NCBI GenBank assembly: GCA_029266835.1
Contig: JAQSWD010000037.1
Location: 944-64,943 of the forward strand
Reading direction: 5' to 3'
From: Steroidobacteraceae bacterium
Lineage (GTDB): Bacteria > Pseudomonadota > Gammaproteobacteria > Steroidobacterales > Steroidobacteraceae
Length of the DNA: 64,000 nt
Shown: positions 20,289 through 32,422 of the stretch, piece by piece
How the letters are laid out: every line of letters begins with the position of its first letter
Position numbering within the stretch: position 1 is the first letter of the stretch
Position numbers and translations under genes: made by a program
Notes under the pieces: generated by a model
What the model was told of the DNA's origin: nothing
The model's input: the letters and a program-made list of their open reading frames with translations, nothing else
The model's database searches: none

Positions 20289-20345
20289 GGTGCCGGGTGA
20301 GGAAAGTGGGGAAAAGGATTTTCCCCACTTTCCTCACCCGGCACC
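20289..20345 (+). terminator. Perfect 27-bp stem / 3-nt loop hairpin downstream of prs
   Basis: GGTGCCGGGTGAGGAAAGTGGGGAAAA-GGA-TTTTCCCCACTTTCCTCACCCGGCACC was paired base by base by hand with no mismatches. No U-tract follows, so terminator function is an inference. Confidence 0.6.
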
Positions 20346-20405
20346 GATCAGGTGGCGGCACTGGTCGCGGTGTCCGCCGTAGTTAGATGTAACTGGAGTA
20401 ATGCA

Positions 20406-21131
20406 ATGAAAGTCTCATTCGAACTCGCCGCCGAGTTCCGCGATGGTCAGGGCAAGGGTGCGAGCCGCCGCCTGCGCCACGCGGGCAAGGTTCCGGCAAT
20501 CCTGTACGGGGGTCACGTCGAGCCCCGTGCCGTCGCTCTCGACCACCAGAAGCTGATGACGCTGGTGGACAACGAGAAATTCTATTCGTCGATCATCAAC
20601 CTGGTCGTTGGCGACAAGAAACAGGCCGCCATCGTCAAGGACCTGCAGATGCACCCGGCGCGCAACGCCATCGTGCACGTCGACCTGCAGCGCGTCAGCG
20701 AGAACGAGAAGATCCGCATCCACCTGCCGATTCACTTCAAGGGCGAAGCCGCTTCGCCTGGCGTGAAGACCCAGGGTGGCGTGGTGTCGCACCGTATCGC
20801 CGACGTCGAAGTCAGCTGCTTGCCGAAGGACCTGCCCGAGTTCATCGAGCTGGACCTCTCGCAGATGAGCCTGAACGAGTCGAAGCACTTGTCCGATCTG
20901 CCGCTGCCCGCGGGCGTCACGATTCCGGCCATCTCGAAGAGCGATGCCGTCGTCGTGTCCATCCATGCGCCCCGCGCGGAAGAGCCGGAAGCGGTGGCAG
21001 CCGTTGCGGCGGCCCCGGCCGACGCAGCTGCTGCTCCGGCCGCGGATGCCGCGAAGGCTGGCGACGCGAAGGCTGGCGATGCCAAGGCTGCGGCCGCGGC
21101 TCCCGCCAAGAAGGAAGGCGGCAAGAAGTAA
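20406..21131 (+). CDS. rplY: Ribosomal protein L25, Ctc form
   Basis: Start is at 'MKVSFEL' (20406). 'R...GKGASRRLR..GKVPAILYG' is the L25 signature. It has a long C-terminal domain plus an Ala/Lys-rich tail. Confidence 0.9.
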   Translation: MKVSFELAAEFRDGQGKGASRRLRHAGKVPAILYGGHVEPRAVALDHQKLMTLVDNEKFYSSIINLVVGDKKQAAIVKDLQMHPARNAIVHVDLQRVSENEKIRIHLPIHFKGEAASPGVKTQGGVVSHRIADVEVSCLPKDLPEFIELDLSQMSLNESKHLSDLPLPAGVTIPAISKSDAVVVSIHAPRAEEPEAVAAVAAAPADAAAAPAADAAKAGDAKAGDAKAAAAAPAKKEGGKK

Positions 21132-21139
21132 CCGTAGCC

Positions 21140-21168
21140 GGGTGCGGGCGGCGAGTCCGCCCGCACCC
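21140..21168 (+). terminator. GC-rich hairpin downstream of rplY
   Basis: GGGTGCGGGCGG-CGAGT-CCGCCCGCACCC, a 12-bp perfect stem starting 9 nt after the rplY stop. There is no clear U-tract. Confidence 0.5.
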
Positions 21169-21260
21169 TATCTACTGTTGCGGCAAATGGGGGACATTCC
21201 CCATTTCGATGTGACAATCGGCAGATTGTTACAACGAAATGCGGGATGTCCCCGCTTCAC

Positions 21261-21854
21261 ATGGCAGGCACACCACTCAAGCTCATCGTGGGCCTCGGCA
21301 ATCCCGGCGCCGAGTACGCGCGTACGCGCCACAATGCCGGCTTCTGGCTGGTGGACGAACTCGCGCGCCGGCATGGCGGCACTTTCCGCCACGAGGGCAA
21401 GCACCAGGGCGAACTCGCCCGCGTGTCGCTGGGTGGCGAGGACGTCTGGCTGCTCAAGCCCATGACGTTCATGAATCGCAGCGGCGGCCCGGTGTCCAGC
21501 GTGCTGGGCTTCTACAAGATTGCGCCGGCACAGATGCTGGTGGCGCATGACGAGATCGACCTGCCCAGCGGCACGGTGCGTCTCAAGGAAGCCGGTGGCC
21601 ACGGCGGACACAATGGCCTGCGAGACATCATCGCCGCGCAGGGCGATGGATTCTGGCGCCTGCGCATCGGCGTGGGCCACCCCGGCAGCAGCAAGGAAGT
21701 CGTGGACTTCGTGCTGACGCATGCCGGCAAGGACGAACAGCGCCTGATCGACGAGACCATTCTCGCCGGCGCGGACGCGATCGAAGAGGCGCTGCGCTCG
21801 GGCGCGCAGATCGCGATGAACAAACTACACGCGCGGCCCAAGCCGGCCCCGTGA
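21261..21854 (+). CDS. pth: Peptidyl-tRNA hydrolase
   Basis: 'LIVGLGNPG..Y..TRHN.GF' and 'GGHGGHNGL'. Start is taken at 'MAGTPLKLIVGLGNPG'; the upstream ATG at 21246 is an alternative. Confidence 0.9.
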   Translation: MAGTPLKLIVGLGNPGAEYARTRHNAGFWLVDELARRHGGTFRHEGKHQGELARVSLGGEDVWLLKPMTFMNRSGGPVSSVLGFYKIAPAQMLVAHDEIDLPSGTVRLKEAGGHGGHNGLRDIIAAQGDGFWRLRIGVGHPGSSKEVVDFVLTHAGKDEQRLIDETILAGADAIEEALRSGAQIAMNKLHARPKPAP

Positions 21855-21877
21855 TCGAACAAGCGAAGGATCAATAG

Positions 21878-22969
21878 ATGGGTATCAAATGCGGAATCGT
21901 GGGTCTTCCGAACGTCGGCAAGTCCACGCTGTTCAACGCGCTGACGCGCGCCGGCATCGCAGCGGAAAACTATCCGTTCTGCACCATCGACCCGAACGTG
22001 GGCATCGTGCCCGTGCCGGATCCGCGCCTCGATGCGCTGGCCACCATCGTCAAACCGGAGAAACTGGTGCCCACCACGGTCGAGTTCGTCGACATCGCGG
22101 GTCTCGTGGCCGGGGCCTCGCAAGGCGAAGGCCTGGGCAACAAGTTCCTGTCGCACATTCGCGAGACCGACGCGATCTCGCATGTAGTGCGCTGCTTCGA
22201 GGACACCGACGTCATCCACGTGTCGGGCAAGGTGAACCCGATCTCGGACATCGAAGTCATCGACACCGAGCTCTGCCTCGCCGACCTGCAGTCGGTGGAG
22301 AAGGCCGCGGATCGCTACGCCAAGCAGGCCAAGGGCGGCGACAAGGATGCCGCGCGCAAGAAGGATCTGTTCGAGCGCATGCGAAAGCATCTGAACGAAG
22401 GCAAGCCGGTTCGTTCCATGGGACTGTCCAAGGAAGAGCGGGCCGACGCCTATGAACTGCACCTGCTCACGCTCAAGCCCGTGATGTACGTGGCCAACGT
22501 GAAGGAAGACGGCTTCACCAACAACCCGCACCTCGACGCCGTGATGGCGCGCGCCAAGGCGGAGCAGGCCGTGGTGGTGCCGGTATGCGCCGCCATCGAA
22601 GCGGAGATCAGCCAGCTCGAGGAAGCCGACCGCATCGAATTCCTCAAGGACCTGGGACTCACGGAACCCGGCCTCAATCGCGTGATCCGCGCGGGCTATG
22701 AGTTGCTGGGCCTGCAGACCTATTTCACCGCCGGCGTGAAGGAAGTGCGCGCCTGGACCGTGAAAGCCGGTGCCACCGCGCCGCAGGCGGCCGGCGTGAT
22801 CCACACCGACTTCGAGCGCGGATTCATCCGCGCCGAAGTGATCGCCTACGACGACTTCATCCGCCTGAAGGGCGAGGCCGGCGCGAAGGATGCCGGCAAA
22901 CTGCGTCTCGAGGGCAAGGAATACATCGTCAAGGAAGGCGACGTCATGCACTTCCGCTTCAACGTCTGA
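21878..22969 (+). CDS. ychF: Ribosome-binding ATPase YchF
   Basis: 363 aa with G1 'GLPNVGKST', 'NYPFCTI.PN' and the C-terminal TGS-like '[14 protein letters not shown]'. Confidence 0.95.
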   Translation: MGIKCGIVGLPNVGKSTLFNALTRAGIAAENYPFCTIDPNVGIVPVPDPRLDALATIVKPEKLVPTTVEFVDIAGLVAGASQGEGLGNKFLSHIRETDAISHVVRCFEDTDVIHVSGKVNPISDIEVIDTELCLADLQSVEKAADRYAKQAKGGDKDAARKKDLFERMRKHLNEGKPVRSMGLSKEERADAYELHLLTLKPVMYVANVKEDGFTNNPHLDAVMARAKAEQAVVVPVCAAIEAEISQLEEADRIEFLKDLGLTEPGLNRVIRAGYELLGLQTYFTAGVKEVRAWTVKAGATAPQAAGVIHTDFERGFIRAEVIAYDDFIRLKGEAGAKDAGKLRLEGKEYIVKEGDVMHFRFNV

Positions 22970-23056
22970 TTTGGATTTGGGGTCACTCCCCATCTGCCAG
23001 CAAAAGGGGTCAGGCCTGATCAGCGGCGGGAGCAGCCCACTCGGCAGCGCCGTGAC

Positions 23057-23842
23057 CTAACCGAACACCACGTCCAGGTACATCATCGCGACGAAGCCGC
23101 CCAGCAACGAAAACGTCGCGACGGTCTCGTACCCGCGTCGATGCGTCTCGGGAATGATCTCGTCGCTGATCACGAACAGCATCGCACCGGCGGCCACGCC
23201 CAGGATCGCCGGCATCAGCGGTTCGGCCAGCGTCACGGCCGCAGCGCCAATAGCGCCCCCCACGGGTTCGACCAGCCCGGTAAGCATTGCCACCCAGAAG
23301 GCCGTCGAACGCGCATAGCCGATGCTCAGCAGTGAGATGGCCACTGCAAATCCCTCGGGCACGTTCTGCAGCCCGATGCCGATCGCGAGCGTGGTGCCAT
23401 TGGCGGTGTCGCCGCCCGCGAACCCCACGCCCACCGCCATGCCTTCCGGGAAGTTGTGCAGCGTGATGGCGATGACGAATAGCCAGATGCGTTCCATGCG
23501 CCTGCTTTCGGGGCCTTCCTTTCCCAGCAGGAAATGTTCGTGCGGCACGAAGCGATGCACCATGAACAGCCCCGCGGCGCCGAGCAACAGTCCCGCGCCC
23601 ACGATACTCACGCCGGCGACATCGTTGGTGGTCAGCAGCTCGGCGCGATCCAGCGCCGGCAGCAGCAGCGAGAAGAAGGTGGCTGCCAGCATCACGCCGG
23701 CCGCCGCGCTCAGCATGGCGTCCTCGGCGCGTGCGCTGGGTCGCTTGAGCAGATAGATGCCCAGCGCTCCCAGACCGGTGCCAAGACCGGCGAGGAGGCT
23801 GCCCACCGTGCCGAGAACGAAGGTGTCAAAGGCCGAAAGCAT
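23057..23842 (-). CDS. ZIP-family divalent metal transporter (ZupT-like)
   Basis: 261 aa with about 8 TM helices and the 'HNFPEGMAVG' motif characteristic of ZIP/ZupT. Confidence 0.8.
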   Translation of the reverse strand: MLSAFDTFVLGTVGSLLAGLGTGLGALGIYLLKRPSARAEDAMLSAAAGVMLAATFFSLLLPALDRAELLTTNDVAGVSIVGAGLLLGAAGLFMVHRFVPHEHFLLGKEGPESRRMERIWLFVIAITLHNFPEGMAVGVGFAGGDTANGTTLAIGIGLQNVPEGFAVAISLLSIGYARSTAFWVAMLTGLVEPVGGAIGAAAVTLAEPLMPAILGVAAGAMLFVISDEIIPETHRRGYETVATFSLLGGFVAMMYLDVVFG

Positions 23843-23885
23843 GGCGGCGATGTTAGCGCCATCGCGGCCCGGTCAGGCTGAGAAG

Positions 23886-26068
23886 CTACTTCTTCGCCAC
23901 CTTGAGCAGCAGGTCGGCCTCGTAGTCGGCCAGCGGCACGTCGAGCGCGCCTTTGCGCGCCGGCACCTCGATCAGCGGCGCCGAGTCCTTCTCGCCGATG
24001 CGCAGAAGCCGGGTCATCTCCGGCGCTTCCACCGGACGCGCGATGTAGAAGCCCTGCGCCAGCGTGCATCCATGCGTCGCCAGGAACTGCAGCTGCTCCG
24101 CGCTCTCCACGCCCTCGGCCACGATCTTGAGGCCGAGCTGCCGGCCCATGGCGATGATGGCGGCGCAGATCGCCGCGTCGTTCGAATCACGGCCCAGATC
24201 GGCCACGAACGATCGGTCGATCTTCAGCGCCTCGATGGGGAAGTGCTTCAGATAGGCCAGCGACGAGTAGCCCGTGCCGAAGTCGTCGATGGCCACGTGA
24301 ACGCCGAGCTCGCGCACCGCGCGCACGGCCAGCGCCGCGGCGGCTTCGTCCACCATCAACAGGCTTTCGGTGATCTCCAGTTCCAGGCAGGCGCCGGGCA
24401 GGCCGGCTTCATCCAGGTGCGCGAACACCCAGTCCGGGAAGCCCGGCGCTTCGAACTGCGCGCCGGAGACGTTGACGGCCACGCGCAGGTCGCGGCAGCC
24501 CGCCTTCCACCATTCGGAGATCTGCTTCAGCGCCTGGCGCATGACCAGGTCGGAGAGCTGCACGATCAGCCCGGATTCCTCGGCGATCGGGATGAATTCA
24601 TCCGGCGGCACGATGCCACGCGTGGGATGGCGCCAGCGCACCAGCGCTTCGACGCTGGCGATACGGCCCGAGGCCACCTCGATCTGCGGTTGATAGGCGA
24701 GGAACAGCTCGTTCTGTTCCAGCGCGCGGCGCAGCTCGGTTTCGAGTTCGAGGCGCGCCACCGAGCGCGCGCGCATGTGTTCGCTGTACACCACGCCGCG
24801 ATTGCTGCCGCCGGCGCGCGCCTCCTGCAGGGCCAGGCCGGCGGTGCGCAGCAATTCGTCGGCGAAACCGCCGTGATCGGGGAAGATGGCGATGCCCAGC
24901 GTGCAGCTCACGAAGAAATCGCGGTGCCGGATCATGTAGGGCGACGCGAATGCCGCCACGACATTGGTGACCACGTTCTGCACGTCGGCATCGCTCTGCA
25001 GGTGGCGGATGGCCACGGCGAATTCATCGTTGGTCAGCCGCGCCAGTGGCATGGTCACCGCGCCGTCGCGCTCGAGCTTGAGGAAGGTGCCGAGGCGCAA
25101 CGCTACAGCCTGTAACAGCGCGTCGCCCGCGCCGTGGCCGATGCTGTCGTTGATGCGCTTGAAGTTGTCCAGGTTGATGCGCACTACCGCGAAACGCTCA
25201 CCCGTCGCCGCGGCCTCGCGGCGCGCTTCCTCGAGCAGCTGCAGCAGGTACTGGCGATTGGGCAGCTGGGTCAGCGGATCGAAGAACGCCAGCTCGCGGA
25301 TGCGGTTGTTGGCGCGATGACGTTCGGTGACGTCGCGCAACACCACCAGAAGGCGCCCCTTGTCGTAGGGCACGATGCGCGTTTCGAAGCGCCGTTCCAC
25401 GCCATCGCGGAAGGCTTCGAATTCCAGCTCGGTGCGCTCGTTGCGCACGCGGCAGTCATCCAGCGCGTGCGTGATGGCGCGCGCGGCATCACCGCTCACC
25501 AGCTCGGAGATCTTCTGCTCGTGTTTGACGCCGCCCTGCAGGAAGGGGTGATTCTCGGTCGCTCCCAGGCGATCGACGATGCGGTCGTACATGTCGACCA
25601 CGAGCAGCAGGTCGGGCAGGGCGTCGAGCATGGCGCGCTGGCGGGCCTCGCTTTCCTCGACCTCCTGCACCAGGCGGCCGCCGCGCACCAGGTACTGCAC
25701 GCGGTGGCCTAACAAGTTCCAGTTGATCGGCTTCGCGAGGAAGTCCGTCGCGCCGGCCTGGTAGGACTGGTTGATGGACGCCACGTCGTCGCGGCCGGTC
25801 ACCATCATGATGGGCAGGTGATTGCCGCCCGGGCGCGAGCGGATGGCCCTGCAGGCCTCGTAGCCGTTCATCGTGGGCATCTCCACGTCCATGAGCACGG
25901 CATGGCATTCGCCCGCTTCGACGGCCGCCACCGCGGCATTGCCGTCCGCGGCTTCGGAGATCACGAAGCCCGAGCGCTCGAGCGCGCGGCGCATGAGCAG
26001 CCGCGAGCCCGTGTCGTCATCGACGATGAGCACGTGGATGGGCTGCCCGCCGGTGAGACGATGCGGCA

Positions 26069-26069
<1 letters not shown>
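23886..26069 (-). CDS. Response regulator: REC-PAS-GGDEF(degenerate)-EAL, probably a c-di-GMP phosphodiesterase
   Basis: REC ('VLIVDDD', 'MDVEMP', 'KP'). The GGDEF position reads 'TNDEF'. The EAL domain is intact ('EALVRW', 'DDFGTGYSS', 'AQGFY'). The ATG at 26069 shares one base with the upstream kinase stop; TTG at 26072 is an alternative start. Confidence 0.85.
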
Positions 26070-28888
<2,819 letters not shown>

Positions 28889-29086
28889 GGGCGATACATG
28901 TCCTGGCGCCCGACCGAGAGCGCCCTGAGTAGTCGTATCGGCTTGATTCCGCTCACTCTTGACCCGGCGGACCCGAATTGAGAGGTGCTTCGCAGGGATA
29001 CACATTGGCGCAGTCAGTGATTGACAGGCTGCCGGGGCGGCGACGGGGCGCCAACGAGCTAAGCCATTGTTTTCGCGAGGATTGCC

Positions 29087-29115
29087 TTGACAGGGCGGGG
29101 CGCGGCCTAGAGAAT
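29087..29115 (+). promoter_or_regulatory. Candidate sigma70 promoter for tRNA-Met
   Basis: TTGACA-N17-GAGAAT followed by a GC-rich discriminator (CGCGGCCCC), about 65 nt upstream of the mature tRNA 5' end. Pattern match only. Confidence 0.3.
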
Positions 29116-29180
29116 CGCGGCCCCTTCGATTCGGGCATCCGCCTGGTCGGAATCGGGTCGGATCCAGGACGGATCGGCGT

Positions 29181-29257
29181 GGAAAGGTAGCTCAGCTGGT
29201 TAGAGCACGGCACTCATAATGCCGGGGTCGAGGGTTCGATTCCCTCCCTTTCCACCA
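29181..29257 (+). tRNA. tRNA-Met (anticodon CAU), elongator type; apparent integration target
   Basis: Hand-folded. Acceptor GGAAAGG/CCTTTCC, D-arm GCTCAGCTGGTTAGAGC, anticodon stem CGGCA/TGCCG with loop CTCATAA, T-arm GAGGG-TTCGATT-CCCTC, then ACCA. The D-arm resembles E. coli metT. A lysidine-modified tRNA-Ile2 cannot be fully excluded. Confidence 0.9.
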
Positions 29258-29306
29258 ACTTCTTCAGGTCCGTTCCGGACACATCGGTAACGTTTAATAC
29301 CGATGA

Positions 29307-29549
29307 CATGGCTGATTGGCGATCAATCCAGTGACGCGCCCCAAACAGCCGGTCGCGGATCGCACGATGCGAGGACCGGCGCGACAAGCGAGAACCACGA
29401 CCATTGCAGCAGACGGTCCACGCGCCGTACCCGACCAGCATCAATTCCGGCAGGTCGGACGACAATCCGGCCTTGAACGGTGCGATAAAGTAGATAGGCA
29501 CCTTCGGGTTGAGCGAGTCGCAGAGGAAGCCGCCCGTAATCACTGCAGC
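29307..29549 (-). pseudogene. Possible remnant of a LysE/RhtB-family exporter gene
   Basis: The segment 'LNPKVPIYFIAPF...LMLVGYGAW' of track ORF 29214..29714 looks like the LysE family, but the flanking translation is Arg-rich nonsense and no full-length frame exists. Weak call. Confidence 0.25.
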
Positions 29550-29748
29550 GTGGAGGCGAGTCCGGCGGACGCCAGGCGTTCTTCCGCCAAGGATCGCGCC
29601 GCTCCGCAAGCCCTGCACGCCGCGCCATGGCAGATGCGCCCCCCGAGGGCACCGAGACTCGCGCACAGTTCCGCTCGCCGGCACATGCCAGTGCGCATCG
29701 GACTGGCGGGCCACCCTGAACTTGGCTAGCCTGTTCTAACAAACTCTC

Positions 29749-31551
29749 ATGACGACTCAATCACAAGCGCTCGAAAACCGGATCGGCGCCGAGCAGGTGC
29801 GCTCGGCCTACCGCAATAGTGCTCCCGGCATGGTCGCGACCCTCGCCGGCGCCTGCCTGGTCTCTGCGCTCGTGGCGGGCGCGGGTGCCGTCTCGTGGAC
29901 CGTGGCGATCGTGTTCATGTCGGCGATGATCGTGCAGGTCGTGACGCGGCTCGCGCTGATCTTCACCTACCTGCGGCGCAAACCGCCGGATCTGCAATGG
30001 CGGCGATGGGGCCGGTGGTTCACGGCGGGCGCGCTCGTGGGCGGTCTCACGCTCGGAATCGGCTCCGTGTGGCTCATGCCGCGCGAGCACTTCGAGATGC
30101 AGATGCTCACGCTCCTCTACATCTGCGCGGTCGCGAGCGGCGCCATCACCGCCTTCGGCGTACTGCGCGCCGCGATTTATTCCGTGATCATTCCGCTCGT
30201 CGCGATACCAATCGTGTGGCTCGCACTGCAGGGCGAGCGCACGTCCGTGCTGCTCGCGCTCATCACGCTCGGCTGGTTTCTCGCCGTTTTGGACCAGGCG
30301 CGGCGCTACGGGGCGCAGTTTCGCGAGTCCGTTCGCCTGCGCTTCGAGAATGAGGACCTCATCGCGAACCTCACGCAGGAGAAGATCAAGGCGGAGGAGG
30401 CCAGCGTTGCGAAGTCACGTTTCCTCGCGGCCGCGAGCCACGACCTTCGGCAGCCCGTCCATGCACTGTCGCTGTTCGTCGCCGCGCTGCGGCCGCGCAT
30501 CCCTGAACCTGAAGCCGGCCGCCTGCTCGACCACATCGACAGCTCCGTTCAGGCGATGGGAGGGCTCTTCAACGGCCTGCTCGACATTTCGCGCCTCGAC
30601 GCGGGGGTCGTGGAAGTGAACGCGCGCACATTCGCCCTGCAACCAATGCTCGAACGCATCTGCCGCGACTACGCGTCGACTGCCGAAACCAAGCACATCG
30701 CGTTGCGCTGCCGGCCGACCGCCGCGGCCGTCTTTACCGATCCGCTGCTGCTCGAACGCGTCGTGCGCAACATCGTTGCGAATGCGATCAACTATACCGA
30801 CGGGGGCCGCGTGCTCGTCGGTTGCCGGCGCCGCGGTCGCACGCTGCGCGTCGGCATCTGGGACACGGGTCGCGGCATTCCGGCCGCCGAGCACGAACAG
30901 ATCTTCAAGGAGTTCTACCAGGTCGACAATCCCGAGCGGGATCGCACCAAGGGCGTGGGCCTGGGCCTCGCGATCGTGAAGCGACTGACCGTATTGTTAG
31001 GCCACCCGCTGTCGTTCCGCTCGCAACCCACGCGCGGTTCCGCGTTCTTCGTGGACTTGCCACTGTCGGATGCCGAGATCGTACCGACGGGCGACGCGCT
31101 CGATGCGGCCACGGAGGGCGCGGTTCCGGGATCCGGCCTGGTCCTCGTCGTCGACGACGAAGCGACGATCCAGTCCGCGATGAAGAGCCTGCTCGAAAGC
31201 TGGGGTTACGATGCGATCGTCGCCGGATCCTGCGACGAGATGATCGAGCGTCTCGCGAACTGTCCACACCGCCCGTCTCTCATCGTCTCCGACTATCGAC
31301 TGCGCACCGAAGACGGCATCCGCGTCATCGAACGCCTGCGCTCGGAATACAACGACGACGAAATCCCGGGCATGCTGATCACGGGTGACACTGCGCCTGA
31401 CCGGATCCGCGAAGCGGAGGCGAGCGGGCTACTGCTTTTGCACAAGCCCGTGTCGAATCACCGGTTGCGCGCCGCGATTCTCGAGCTCACGGGCCTTTTC
31501 GCGATGCGATCGGGAAGTCGTGCAGGCACTTTGCCGCCTGGGTGCGGTTGA
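29749..31551 (+). CDS. Hybrid sensor histidine kinase (multi-TM N-terminus-HisKA-HATPase-REC)
   Basis: 600 aa with about 6 N-terminal TM helices. H-box 'ASHDLRQPVHAL', 'GGRVLVG..R......I.DTGRGI', 'GVGLGLAIV', and a C-terminal receiver ('VLVVDDE', 'DYRL', 'LHKP'). Confidence 0.85.
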   Translation: MTTQSQALENRIGAEQVRSAYRNSAPGMVATLAGACLVSALVAGAGAVSWTVAIVFMSAMIVQVVTRLALIFTYLRRKPPDLQWRRWGRWFTAGALVGGLTLGIGSVWLMPREHFEMQMLTLLYICAVASGAITAFGVLRAAIYSVIIPLVAIPIVWLALQGERTSVLLALITLGWFLAVLDQARRYGAQFRESVRLRFENEDLIANLTQEKIKAEEASVAKSRFLAAASHDLRQPVHALSLFVAALRPRIPEPEAGRLLDHIDSSVQAMGGLFNGLLDISRLDAGVVEVNARTFALQPMLERICRDYASTAETKHIALRCRPTAAAVFTDPLLLERVVRNIVANAINYTDGGRVLVGCRRRGRTLRVGIWDTGRGIPAAEHEQIFKEFYQVDNPERDRTKGVGLGLAIVKRLTVLLGHPLSFRSQPTRGSAFFVDLPLSDAEIVPTGDALDAATEGAVPGSGLVLVVDDEATIQSAMKSLLESWGYDAIVAGSCDEMIERLANCPHRPSLIVSDYRLRTEDGIRVIERLRSEYNDDEIPGMLITGDTAPDRIREAEASGLLLLHKPVSNHRLRAAILELTGLFAMRSGSRAGTLPPGCG

Positions 31552-32134
31552 CGACGTTCAGCGTCTTGAAGATCGCAGCGATGTGCACCTTCACCGTTTT
31601 CTCCGCGATGCCGAGGTGCGCGCTGATTTCCTTGTTCGTGAGACCGTCCTTCAGATGGCGCAGCACGTCGATCTGTCGATCCGTGAGCTGGGCGACAGAA
31701 CGGGGACCGTCGGGCGCATGTTGCTCGCTCGCGCGCGCGGCCGCGCCGAGCAGGAGCGGAGGCACATATATGTTCCCGGACAGCACGAGCTTCAACGCGG
31801 ACACGACGGTCTGCGCCGTCGCCGATTTCGGGATGTAACCCGACGCGCCGGCGTTCAATACGCGCCGCACGTCGGAGGCGTTCTCGGAGCTCGACAGCAC
31901 GATGATCGGGAGATCGGGATGGCGACGCGTGAACTCGCGTACCGCCGGCTCGCCACACATTCCCGGCATCATGAGATCCATGAACACCGCGTCGAAGATC
32001 TGCTCGTCGGCGAGATCGAGCGCGTCCTCGATGGAGGTCGCTGGTGTGACGAGGTTGTCAGGCGATGCCTGGCCGAGAAGCGCCGCGAGGCCGTCGCGAA
32101 ACAGCGGATGGTCGTCGATGATGAGGAGCTTCAC
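31487..32134 (-). CDS. NarL/FixJ (LuxR-HTH) family response regulator
   Basis: 215 aa. REC ('KLLIIDDHPLFRDG', 'MDLMMPGM') plus a LuxR HTH ('LTDRQIDVLRHLKDGLTNKEISAHLGIAEKTVKVH'). GTG start. The 3' end overlaps the convergent kinase gene by 65 nt. Confidence 0.9.
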   Translation of the reverse strand: MKLLIIDDHPLFRDGLAALLGQASPDNLVTPATSIEDALDLADEQIFDAVFMDLMMPGMCGEPAVREFTRRHPDLPIIVLSSSENASDVRRVLNAGASGYIPKSATAQTVVSALKLVLSGNIYVPPLLLGAAARASEQHAPDGPRSVAQLTDRQIDVLRHLKDGLTNKEISAHLGIAEKTVKVHIAAIFKTLNVVNRTQAAKCLHDFPIASRKGP

Positions 32135-32188
32135 ACGCTCATCTTAAAGAAACCCTCGCGTTGCAAGCCACAGTTCACATTCCGGTTT

Positions 32189-32210
32189 TTGCATAGTGCG
32201 AGTTGCATAG
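32189..32210. promoter_or_regulatory. Direct repeat TTGCATAG-N6-TTGCATAG in the divergent response regulator/autotransporter intergenic region
   Basis: Two exact 8-mers with 14-bp centre spacing lie in the 288-bp AT-richer spacer between 32134 and 32423. It is a candidate regulator binding site, identified by pattern only. Confidence 0.25.
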
Positions 32211-32422
32211 GCCGAAGGACTTAGGCCTTGGGGCTAGGTCCTCTGGTCGATTGCCGGGAACCCCCTACGCCTATGGAATGTGCGCCCTGGGAGGAATCAC
32301 ATGGACCGTTTGCTCACCGGCTGGGCCGCGAAGGGGCTTTGCACCAGCCTGCGCCCGCAATCCGTATCCGCCGTAGAGCGCATCCCCGATGCCCGCGGCT
32401 TTTCGCTATCTGGAGTCCGCCC

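Noticed and set aside
20982-21131. Ala/Lys/Asp-rich low-complexity tail of L25 ('AAAPADAAAAPAADAAKAGDAKAGDAKAAAAAPAKKEGGKK')
   Set aside because: Ctc-type L25 proteins in GC-rich bacteria commonly carry such basic, alanine-rich tails. I did not judge it unusual.
21512-22993. 493-aa minus-strand ORF covering pth and ychF
   Set aside because: It is antisense to two genes with unmistakable conserved motifs. Its translation is Arg/Ala/Gly-rich with no recognisable family. This is a typical high-G+C shadow ORF. The same reasoning applies to 19391..20344 (antisense to prs) and 14861..16207 (antisense to prfA).
29258-29748. Search for an integrase or excisionase next to the tRNA-Met and next to the second att-like copy (45583..45868)
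   Set aside because: No frame in these stretches shows tyrosine-recombinase hallmarks (R..HxxR..Y), serine-recombinase motifs or Xis-like motifs. Only a doubtful LysE-like fragment is present. Absence is based on reading by eye and needs an HMM check.
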